A DNA stretch of 63,529 nucleotides, filler included, from Neolecta irregularis DAH-3 (Eukaryota): the NCBI GenBank assembly GCA_001929475.1. It is 7 parts of 7 records of this genome, joined end to end, with 100 filler letters (N's around TTAATTAATTAA, not from the genome) between each part and the next. Parts side by side here need not be neighbours in the genome. Positions count along the whole stretch, not along the records: positions 1 to 30,589 come from LXFE01000750.1; 6 more parts are not named here. One strand, 5' to 3'. A program made the translations under genes and the position numbers. The notes below the pieces were generated by a model. That model was not told the origin of the DNA and did not search any database. It saw nothing but the letters and a program-made list of their open reading frames with translations. This document shows positions 11,844 to 22,395 of the stretch, piece by piece. Numbering within the stretch: position 1 is the stretch's first letter; every line of letters begins with the position of its first letter.

Positions 11844-13112
11844 ATGATGTTTTCAAAACTCTTCTGTTTGATCACAATTTGTCCTCTGACTTGCATGGCA
11901 TCAGATCTCGACTATTTCAAAGAGATTTCAAGTGGTTTTTCCAAAGTCACTGTCGGCCCTCCGAAATTATCACAGTCACGTCTCATGGATATGAATCAGG
12001 ACGAAGCAATGGAAGAATGCGCGCGACAATGCCGGTTGGTGGAATACTTTTGCCATTCTTTTGCTGTGCTCAGAGATTCGAATGGATTAGGATGTATAAT
12101 GTTTACTTCATCTGAGGCAGAATCCATCTCTATCCCTTTTAATCACGAGTTTGAACTCTTGGCATTATATGAGTAAGAGCTTGCAAGTAATGATATATTT
12201 CTGATAACTAGGATACGTCAGCCAGAACGACTCCAAAACCTTGTTGCAAGGTTTTCTCACAATAATCAAAAACCTGCAAGAGATTGGGCAAGTGAGATCC
12301 TAACTAAATATGGGATATTATCGCTGGCAACGTCTCTCGAACAAAAACAATTAGATCAACATGTTCTAATGGTCTGCAAAACTGCCATACATGGCGAACC
12401 ACCAGTGACGAAAGATTTTAGACAAACAATTTCTGGGAAACTCACTGCGGAACAACACCCTCTTTCGAACAAAGAAATTATGGACATTGTAAAATCATGG
12501 GCACAGCTTTCGAGTAATTCAGAAACATTTTCCGAAGGATTCGACACTATTGTATTAACATTTCTCGCGATATTCAGCAAGAATGCTGATCAAGATGCGA
12601 TCCCTTTTTACGATCCAACCCACAAGATGCTTTTCATTCAAAGTAAAGACTTGTACCTGCTTGTCGTTTCATTCGGCCCTGACCGTTACGAAATATTACG
12701 GCACTTTAAATCATTAAACAATCTTATCCAAACTACGATAACAGGAAACAATAAAATCGACGATGTCCAGAAGAATCATGCTTTGGAGTTATTTAAAAAG
12801 ATCGTGACTCATGTTGATCAGCATGCTACTCTGCCTTATCCTCCAAAAAGGTATATGGCTACTGCCGATAATAACGACGAGCAATTGATTGCAGCAGCGG
12901 TATTGACTACTGTAACAAAGGCACTCCTTCCACCTCTATCTGGTGTAACCCTAATTAAATTGTATGCGGAAGAGGCAATCTTTTATCGCGATCTTGTAAC
13001 AGCAGTGCTCTCTAGCATATATGGAAAGATTCAAGCTAGTTCGTTCCAAAAGAGTTTAGCCGGTAAGACCAAAACTGGCGCTTTCCTTGACATTATCATC
13101 AATTGTAAGTGA
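11844..13112 (+). CDS. Secreted protein with N-terminal PAN/apple-like domain and unknown C-terminal domain (copy 2)
   Basis: Signal peptide and the motif EECARQCRLVEYFCHSFAV...GC. A 39-nt intron (12173-12211) joins ORFs 11844-12176 and 12369-13112 in frame. Confidence 0.8.
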
Positions 13113-13512
13113 TACTTGATTCAAAGCGAAAGTCAAACGCAGCTGGGTTTGTAACAGTTTTTGTATGCAAGATAATAGTAGGATTCTGCTAGTAATTAAA
13201 TTTACGTTTGTGATCTATGATGAATTGAACGTCTAGCGCACCTAGATTTATACATAAACTTGAGAATTACGATAACCAATAGTAGAACAGAGGGAAAAGT
13301 GAAAGCAATATAATCAAACGTGAAAAAAGAGTCAGAGTAGCCAGCTGGTGTTATGTAGTCTATCCAATTAGTGGGGTATTGACATGTAATATCCCAGAGT
13401 ATGAAGTAGTAAACTGTGGAGGTGATAGGAGGTCAAGAGATGAAATTGACTGTCGCATTTGGCAATACTCGTAAGTAGTACTGCTTTGTGTCTTTAGAAA
13501 AAATAATATATA

Positions 13513-13830
13513 TCGTCAAACCTGGATATAACGAATGTGGCTTGGCAACGTTTCCAGTTCGTTATAACGAGGATTCGTTGTATGGAGATGGCCAAATAGA
13601 AAATAAACAAGATCCAAGCAAATCCAAACCAAATGAATCGGAGAGGAAAATAACTTTATTCTACCATCTATATCTGGATGATGATGTACATGCCATTTTT
13701 GGCTACATCTCCCTTGACTATGAGAGAAAGTCCCAACATCATGTCTTCTATTACAACATAACCAGATGATATCCAATGAATTCGCTTCAGAATCTCTTGT
13801 TTGGATTCAAAAAGTGGTCATCCTGGGGGC
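13513..13830 (+). mobile_element. pogo/Tigger-like non-autonomous element fragment
   Basis: Starts GTCAAACCTGGATATAACGAA, a pogo-type TIR matching the end of 15889-16041. 13612-13828 recurs at 39981-40206. Confidence 0.65.
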
Positions 13831-15888
13831 CGGGGCCTTAGTCTGGGTAATTGCAAGCATGTGACAAGATTGATTCCCTTGAGCAGTTGAAACAAAGTAG
13901 TTCCACTGTAACACAAACAGATGTAAGTATTGAAGCCCAACTGCCCAGATATGAATAAGACAAAAGTTATATTGTTTCTAGCTGAAGGATTGGTGAACTT
14001 TTGGGACATACATAGTATTGGTGAACTTGGCTAGGTCTGGACCGCCAAACTATATCCTTCCGTATTGATAAGTCAGGGGTATACGTCTACAACAGATGAC
14101 GAGCAGCAATACCTCAAGAAAGGAGCTTAATTAACCCAAGAGCAACATTTCCATATAACATAGCAGATTTAGAGACTGCAAGGATACGTGCTCTTTGATA
14201 GAGCATTGATAAAGTTTTAACTTACTAAGGTAGGACTAGTTAGTGCTTGGCAAAAAAACCGGTCAAGAGATTGTTAGCACACAGGTGCCAATCAGTGTCT
14301 ACGGTGAGTTTTGACTGCTTTGACGAAAGGTAGGTTCTTGGTGGAAATGGGGTTTAAGCTTTGTTGTGCGAGGCGGGGTCTTGTAGCGAGGAATCAAGTT
14401 ATCAAAGAAAATATTTGACTAGCTATTCAGACAGAATCCTCGTCTATATAAAAGAAACCTTCGCAGCCCTTTTATCCTATCCGCAGAACACACGCTATGC
14501 CAAGTGGCTCAGAAAAACAAAGATGATAAAGTAAAAATAAAATATAAGAACTTCTCTAACCTAGACCCAGTGAGGCAACCGGCCGCATTTCCCCTATAGG
14601 AGAGACCGATGGCGAGCCAGACCGATCCAATGACCTAGTTCTTCAAAGTTAAAATGAAGAAACGCGTAGTGGGTTTTGGCTGACTGCGTGCTGATGACGT
14701 CTAAAAATGCCGCGCAAGATAGTTGATGTAAAATGATTTGACGATATGGGATAGTGATGGGAGTTTGGAAGGAGCGGGAGGGATAACTGTTGGGGTAGAT
14801 AGGGATGCTGGTAGAGGGTGGAGGTGAGGGCGGAGATGAGGTTTGTCGCGGTAAAGGGAAAATGAAGAAATGCGTGCGTGTTGTTCATGTTACTTGCGAC
14901 AAGATGATATGTTACAGTAGCTTTTCTTTATGAATTAAATACTTGTTGGAAGCATATGCATGCTTCTCGAGTCTACAGAAACCCTAGAAATACAGTTGTA
15001 TCAAAAATTCAAAACCCCGGGATAACCCCTCCATTGTCCTATATCCATGCAAAAACATTTGAGGCAAAATAATCCAAGGTTTGTGCCCATAGCGATGCGG
15101 TTTTCACTTGATGCACCATGATTGTATCTTTCGCAAAGTCTGCCTTGCAGCTGAGTCCACTGGCGGGATGGTCGTTGACACGAGACCCCAGGTTGAGGGG
15201 TTGCAGCAGGTGAGCAAGTTGGAGCCAGGAAAGGCACTGCTGCGGGATAGCATCGCATCGGGCGAACCAACTTGAACTATCGCGAAAGTTGAGATCGAAG
15301 TGTTGGCAGGAATAGGCTGTTACTTTTTCTCTTTTCCAGAGAATTATGTTATATGACGATTTTCTTCTAATTTAAGATTTTCAGAGGATGGGGTGACGGT
15401 TGTGATATTTCCGCAGCGTGTTTGCGTTTTAAATTTTTGGTCATCTGGTTTGAGCTGATTAATGGGAAGTGTATAAAGTGAGGAGGATCAAAGCGCACGT
15501 GTGAGGGGACTTGCAGTCGAGACGATGAAGAGATACATACTCGACTCGATAGTTAATAGCGTGCATTGATCTGAAGAATGGTTGTTTGCGGATTTGGGAG
15601 AGCGAGATCGGGTTTCTAAGCGAGGGGGAGCAGTGCGAGGGCGAAACGGCTGAGGACCGGGCAAAAGGTCAGGTAGAGTTCGGCAGAGGCAGAGCAGGCG
15701 TTGGCAGCAGCAGGCGGCGATTCAGATGGAGCAGCGGCGATTCAAGTACCCTTATAAGGAACAATCGAGTCAAGTTGCATAATCTCAGGATTAACTACTG
15801 GTGATAAATAGCTGAAACTGAAACGGACCAAAAATAGAGAAGTGGCTCACGGGCGCAGCAGCAGAACTCTCTCGGAGGGTAAAACCTA

Positions 15889-16041
15889 TACAAACCTGGC
15901 TATAGGGAACCCCCTTATAACGAATCCAACTGGCTTCCAAGATTGATTTATATGGGGTATTTTGCTATCACGATATAACGAATCCGCCTTATAGCGGACT
16001 GAGCACGCTGCGAAGCCACAATCGTTATAACCATTCGACTA
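15889..16041. mobile_element. pogo/Tigger-like MITE, about 150 bp
   Basis: The left end CAAACCTGGCTATAGGGAACC matches the reverse complement of 40490-40576. The right end matches the reverse complement of 13514-13597. TATAACGAA motifs recur. Confidence 0.65.
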
Positions 16042-16146
16042 TCTCGAAACATTGAGACTAGAAAGTAAGAGAAACGGAAAACATTTTCATGCAAATTCCC
16101 AATATAACCCTACAATCAGGGTCGCCCTAGTCTCGACTTATCCAAC

Positions 16147-17448
16147 ATGATGTTTCCGAAGCTTTTCTGTTTGAACATGCTTTGTACTCTGACTTGCATG
16201 GCATCAGATCTCGACTATTTCAAAGAGATTTCGGGTGGCTTTTTTGGAGTCACTATAAGCAATCCGAAATCATTACACTCAAATCTCATGGCTATGAAAA
16301 CGGACCAAGCAATAGCAGATTGCGCGCAACAATGCCGGTTGGCGCAATACTTTTGCCATTCTTTTGCCGTGATCAGAAATTCGATTAGACATTCGGAATG
16401 TCTAAGGTTTACCGCATCTGAGGCTGAATTGATCTTTAAACCTTTTAAATACTTTGAAGAATACTTTGAAGTCTTGGCATTATATGTGTAGGAGCTTGCA
16501 TGTAATGATGGATTTCTGATAACTAGGACACTTCACCCAGAAAAAGTTGAAGACGTTGCTGCAAGGTTTTCTCACAATGATGATGTTCCTGAAGGAGATT
16601 GGGCTCGTGAGATTCTAACTAAATATGGGATGTCATCGGGAACAATATCTCGCGAACAATTACAGTTCGATCAAGATGTTCTAATGATCTGCAAAACTGC
16701 CATACATGGCGAACCACCAGTAACGGAAAACTTTAGAAAAACGATTTCTGAGGAACTGGCTTCCCACCATCACCCTCTTTCGAACAAAGAAATTATGGAC
16801 ACTGTAAAATCATGGGCACAGCTTTCGAGTAATTCACAAACCTTTTCGGAAGGATTTGACACAATTGTGTTGACTTTTCTCGCGATATTCAGCAAGAATG
16901 CTGTTCGAGATGTGGTCACTTTGTACGATCCAACCAACAAGATGCTTTTCATTCAAAGTAAAGACTTGTACCTGCTGATCGTTTCATTCGGCCCTGACCA
17001 TTACGAGATACTAAAGCACACTAAATCTGGAAAAGATCTTATCCAATTGACCATAGCAGCAAGCAAATTTCATGTCGACGATGAACAGAAGAATGATGCT
17101 TTGGGGCTATTTAAAAAAGCTATGGCTCGTGTTGATCCGCATGCTACAATTCCTTATCCTCCAACAAGGAGTGTGGTTAATTACACCAATGACGAGCAAT
17201 GGGTTGCAACCGTCGCACTGGTCTCTGTTGCAAAGGCACTCCTTGTACCTATATATTTCACAATGTCTAAGTCGGACGCGGAGGTAATCTTTTATCGCGA
17301 TCTTGTAACAGCAGTGCTCTCTAGCATATATGGAAAGATTCAAGCTGGTCCGTTCCAAAAGAGTTTGTTCCAAAAGGCCAAAACTGGCGCCTTGACTGAC
17401 ACAACGGTACGTGATAAAAACGATGGTCAGAAGCAGGTGTTTTTGTAA
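16147..17448 (+). CDS. Secreted protein with PAN/apple-like and unknown domains (copy 3)
   Basis: Paralog of copy 2 with the same 39-nt intron (16488-16526), and conserved upstream and 3' flanks. Confidence 0.8.
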
Positions 17449-17558
17449 CAGTTTTATATGCAAGATAGTAGCAGGCTTGATCTAATAATCAAGTTTACTT
17501 TTGTAATCTATGATGAATTGTTAATGAGTGATTATGAGATATCTGTACTCTGAGGTCC

Positions 17559-17736
17559 TGTAAGTGGTTCGCTTGGGGTACAAATATGACTAGGTTTAAT
17601 TGTCTAACCTATGTTATATGAACCTAACCCAGGCTAGGTATATGTGGTTCCCTTCTTTATATACCCTCTTGTTTAATGCCGTCAATATCACTAAGCCACT
17701 TGCCGTATTGGTAAGAATATACCCTGTATCCTTGCA
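17559..17736 (+). mobile_element. Decayed solo LTR (same family as 61281-61475)
   Basis: TGTAAG...CTTGCA ends. Shares CTTTATATACC, GCCACTTGC and TTGGTAAGA with 61281-61475. No TSD found. Confidence 0.5.
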
Positions 17737-17825
17737 GATGGAACGGAAGACAATTAGTTATCAAGTAATGTTCAGCTTAGAGAGGATGAAGTATAGGTAA
17801 GAGATATACTAGTCTCATGAATCAA

Positions 17826-18235
17826 TCGACTGCCCGCCGGAGGGTCTCCGGCGGGCGGGCGGGTCAAAACGACCTGCCGGTGGGTGGGCGGATGGTCTTT
17901 TTGACAGTTTATATAGGTGCGATGCCAAATTCACTAGATAACCAAAATTGCTAATATAAAACGATTTCTATCTGGCCATTTCTTTCGTTGGTGAAGTATG
18001 CTTCACTTACTCTCACAAAGTTTACGTCGAATCATCGTGGATGTCACGTGATCAGTGACTAATCTTGCGAGCTTAACTTCGAGCAAATTGCATTCAGTTC
18101 ACAGTTGAACAACCAACCAACGTATTCAAACGAAACAAGCACTGTCGGGATCAGAATTTAAAGGCGAAAATAATGGTCTGCCAAGAAATTCAATACAAGA
18201 AAGGCAAAGGGGGGACCTTTGAACAACATCAATCA
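17826..18235. repeat. Dispersed repeat of about 400 bp (non-autonomous TE), with an inverted copy at 31160-31790
   Basis: 17915-18235 aligns to the reverse complement of about 31160-31487, and the CCGCCGG/GGCGGG end resembles 31730-31790. Confidence 0.75.
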
Positions 18236-18368
18236 CATGGAAGAAATATTTCCAAACCCCCATACAACCAAACCAACCTAACAGCCTGCCAGAGCACTCT
18301 TTTGGATCTCTTGGTGGGACACACTGCTGGAAATTTGGCATGGGTGGCGTCGGGCTAGACAAAATATT

Positions 18369-18459
18369 TGGAGGCACCGGGAATCGAACCCGGAACCTTC
18401 TCCAACTCAGGATCGAAACTCAATGCTAAGAAGATGTTATACCATTAAACCATGCCCCC
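18369..18459 (-). tRNA. tRNA-Ala(AGC) with an intron of about 19 nt
   Basis: GGGGGCA/TGCCTCC-A acceptor stem with G3:U70, anticodon AGC, GGTTCGATTCC T-arm. Confidence 0.92.
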
Positions 18460-18715
18460 GATTGAATGACAGAGAGAAGTGTATGACACTATTGATCACG
18501 CATTGTAATCTGCATGCGGCAGTTTTTTGGACAAAATCCCTCCCTCTTATGTCATTGTTATCGTAGCCTCAGAATCCGCGACATTCTACCGGATTTGGAA
18601 ATCATCGAAGTTGTTTGTGCGGGCAGCATAATATCAGCTCAAAAAATGTCCATTTATACCAGCCTAATGTTTTGTTATAATGCTATCTCTCGAGGAAACA
18701 ATCCAGATTAAATAT

Positions 18716-18778
18716 AGAGGAATATTTTCGAGCTATACCGTCTTCGAGCTATACCGTATAGCTCGAAAATATTCCTCT
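18716..18778. repeat. Perfect 23-bp inverted repeat spanning the F-box stop codon
   Basis: AGAGGAATATTTTCGAGCTATAC (18716-18738) pairs with GTATAGCTCGAAAATATTCCTCT (18756-18778). Confidence 0.9.
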
Positions 18779-19438
18779 TATTAATGCTGTTGAAAATTTC
18801 CCTGTTCTTCCATCCAATTTTATCTTTCTTTCAATCTCGGAAAGATCCAGCTCTTGATGTGATTCCAGTAGATGGACAATATGCTTGAAGCCATACCCCA
18901 TTATATCATCATACAGCTCGTGATCGCTGATCCACCTTCCTACTCGATCCCAAGGAACAGCATTTGGATCATTGATTTTGAATAACTTTCTCCAGAGTGC
19001 AAAACGAACAGGTCGGAGCAATTGGCCTGGTAAATGGAAATTAGGCTGCGCGGATCCATCGTGAACCCAAACGATATTGAACATTTCCATGAATCTCCAC
19101 CCAACGAAGAAGTCAAAGTCAAATTCGGGATAAGTTGTTGTAAATTCCTTGAAACGATGTAAATATCCTTCGACATGTTCGAGATAGCCATAATAAGCCC
19201 ATGTACTTTCGAATACAGGTGGTTTCAGCGTTCGTTCAACTTGATCCGCGCTGTCTATATGCTGAATGGTATTACGCGCGAGTTTATCTTCATGATGATT
19301 AACAACCCTATTCGCGCTTCGACATGTAAGACGCAGATTTAGCAACGTGTCCATTGAGCAAAATTTATATATCATCAATTCCACTTCGGTAGGAAGGTCT
19401 GCAGGAAATAGAGAAATAAAATCATCCTTTAATGACAT
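18749..19438 (-). CDS. F-box protein, intronless, with an unrecognised C-terminus
   Basis: N-terminal LPTEVELMIYKFCSMDTLLNLRLTCRSANRVV fits the F-box pattern. Confidence 0.75.
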   Translation of the reverse strand: MSLKDDFISLFPADLPTEVELMIYKFCSMDTLLNLRLTCRSANRVVNHHEDKLARNTIQHIDSADQVERTLKPPVFESTWAYYGYLEHVEGYLHRFKEFTTTYPEFDFDFFVGWRFMEMFNIVWVHDGSAQPNFHLPGQLLRPVRFALWRKLFKINDPNAVPWDRVGRWISDHELYDDIMGYGFKHIVHLLESHQELDLSEIERKIKLDGRTGKFSTALIRGIFSSYTV

Positions 19439-19750
19439 GTGGGCCGCGCAATCTAATTGAAAAGCAATCCAAGGGAAAGGAAGAGAAATAGTCGGTTGTA
19501 ATAGGTGTCAAGCTGAAATAAAAAAGCAAGATTGTCGGTGGTACAGTGTATGACAATTTTGACTTGGGCATCACCAAAAACAATTGTCAAACAAAATGAA
19601 TAGTACCAATTCATACGGTCGGAACGAAGAAATGAAGAACGCCTCTCTTAGCTAGTCCACAAAGAAGATCACGCCAACACCTCCTAAAGATGACACATAA
19701 ACTCGAACTAACAATCGATACCAAAAGGAAAAACTCCACCATGCTGAGCC

Positions 19751-20389
19751 CTACTTTTCGAACCCACACCAAGTACAGTAGATAACTTCCTTGTGCATGA
19801 CTTTTCCAACAAGCCATCTACGCAGTGAGTTATGAGATGATATGGTGAACACACCCAGCACCAAAGCCGAAGCCAACAAGGACGGCTGCGCCAAGAACCA
19901 AGACCCAAGTCAAGGTTCGATCTGTTTTTTTCTCGTGTCGTGGTCGATCATAGGTTGGAGGCGAGGATGTGAGACGAAGAGAATGGATTGACGCCGGTCT
20001 GCTATGGACTGGACGATACAACAAGGTAGAAAGGCTACGGCATTAATGAAACATCTTGCAAAGGCGGAAAGGAGATAAAAGCTAGAAATGGGAAATACCT
20101 TTGAGCAAGGACTTGATCGCTGACACTTGCCGCTTTCTGAACAACCGGTTTTTCGGAAATTTCTGGACTGGGGGCGACAACGACTTCGTTCTCAGTAGAT
20201 TCATCTACTTCAGTGTCATCAAATTCGGAAGTTGAGGTAGTGCTATAAGCAGGACTGTTTGTGTCGTCCTGAACAGCGATCCAGGAATCTACACGTCATG
20301 TTAGACATATGCATACAAGGGGGAAAATCAAGCCGCAGCGGTATAAACGTTGCGGATAAGCAAAACGAATGAGAATATGTACCCTCCAT
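19751..20389 (-). CDS. Tail-anchored protein with an N-terminal AIM/LIR; Atg43-like mitophagy receptor candidate (4 exons)
   Basis: Spliced product: MEDSWIAVQDD...DQVLAQSLSTLL...TLTWVLVLGAAVLVGFGFGAGWLVGKVM...FEK*. All three introns are GT-AG and in frame. Confidence 0.6.
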
Positions 20390-20810
20390 GTTGTATTGTT
20401 GGTACTGCGCATAATGCTGCATGGTGGAAGCGATGTGTCGTTACAACAAGGGGAGCTTGGGTGGAGGGAGGGATCTGCTGACGCGACCTCCCTTATCGCT
20501 GCTGCACTCTCAACAACAATCCGTTACACCTCAAATGAACACGTTTAAAACTAAAAACTAAGGTGAAACTAATAGGATCCAGCAATATACCACAGCGCGA
20601 CTCTCGACTAATAAGAAGACATAGGAAGAACATAAGTGAAACAAATATTTTCCAAGCTTTCGCTGTAGAAGAAAACATGGAAAGAACGATAATAGTGCCG
20701 CCGCCATAAACTAATGCTAATAGGCGGCTGTCAAAATTGGAGCCAGAGAAAATAAAATTCCCATCATGTGTTGTGTGAATCCAAGCAACGCCTTTTAGTC
20801 AAAACAAAGA

Positions 20811-21927
20811 TTAGTGTTCCATTGGATCAGATGCAATTATTTGGGAGTGTCCCAACTTTTGCGCACAGTGTTGGTTGGCGTTGAGTTGAGCGCGAAGAGA
20901 TTGAAGTTCTAGTTGCATCTGAGTCATTTGATTTGATATTTTTAGATTCTCGTCTTTGAGCTGGTTGATATAGTCATTTGCTAGGATTGTCAAATATTCA
21001 CCACTCGAAACCCTTACCCATGTGCAAGGCATCAGCTTTGCTAGCTTTGCTTGCTTGTTCCCCGGGCAAATTGGCCTTTAGTTGTTCAAAGGAATCTTTC
21101 ATGACCTTGCGTCGTTTCCGCTCAGCGATTTTATGACTAACGCGAAGCTCCGGGCTTCGACTGTATGGGCCTTCTTTGCCGCTGATTTCTTGGACAGAAT
21201 GGAGAATCAATGGTGGGGAGTAAGGAGCACCGGGGCTTGTGTACTTTGCGCTACCTTCTCCATAAACAGGATCTGGAAACGCATAGGGGAATCCTGGTGT
21301 AGGGTCCTGATCATGTGGGTTAGGTACCCTCTGCCCGTTCGGGATGGTAGGATGGGCAATCGTAATGGGCCGACCAGGTGGGATTGGTGGTGCACGACCA
21401 ATTGCAGCTGGCGTTTGACCCTTATGGATTGACAACCCTTGAAAACCTTGTGTAGGGGTGCTAGCTGAATATCTTCGTAGAGAGTTTGAAGAATGTTGTG
21501 GGCGTATCCTTTCGGATGTGAGAGAAACAGGAAGCGACGGATCATAGGCAGCCAAACTGACTGAATCACGCGAGTTTCTACGCGATGACAATATGGAAAT
21601 ATCGTCCTCGCTGACGCGAATGCTGGTGCCTGGAGAGGAAGGGGAGTACATTGAATCGCCGGCGAACTGAAAAGGACGACTGATCCCATCTAGAGGAGGC
21701 AATTGTCTGCTATCGAGGGAGCTTGTGCCGGTACGAGGAGGAGTCAGCCGGGGCGGGTACTTGTAGGAGGGCTGAGGGGAATTGTCGTCCTCGACGGCTA
21801 TGAATCAAGACCAAGACCAATGCAGATACATACGGGGAAGATTGAGCATCCACTGCTCCTTGTAGCTGCCAACCTGGGGGTGCCTTCCGGTCAAGGTCTG
21901 GATAGTAGGCAGCTTGATAGCAGACAT
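20811..21927 (-). CDS. bHLH transcription factor (DevR/Esc1-like), 3 exons
   Basis: [21 protein letters not shown] basic helix; helix 2 and zipper follow an intron ([12 protein letters not shown]). The upstream exon [10 protein letters not shown] joins in frame. Confidence 0.85.
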
Positions 21928-22395
21928 GGAAGTCGGGCCGGATCCTGGGAAACTGGAAGAGGGAGAACAGCTGGACACTGGTGGTTATAGAATATTGTGC
22001 GTGCAGGAAACGTGGTTCAGGCCGCAGAACGTGTCCAATTAGATTGAGTGACTTCCGCATGGCTGCTAATGTCCAGGGGCAATTTAAGGCCAACATGTCC
22101 AATGGCATCCCCGCAGCCTGGATTAGCAGCAGCAGGGAGAACTAGCAGGGCAAAACACCATACAGCTATCCACTAGAACATAGGAGACTGCGGCAGTCTT
22201 GAAGATTCCATTGGAGACCATTAGACATGAATACAAACACAATTCACTCAAGACAACAGTAGACATTGAGCAGAAACACCACCATGGGAAAGCTGTTCTG
22301 CAGTCTGGCGGGTACCTGCGACCGGCGGGTTCATCTTGATGTGATTGCCATGGCGCATCTCCTTTTTCACATTCCCGCCATCCAGAGTGTCTGCC

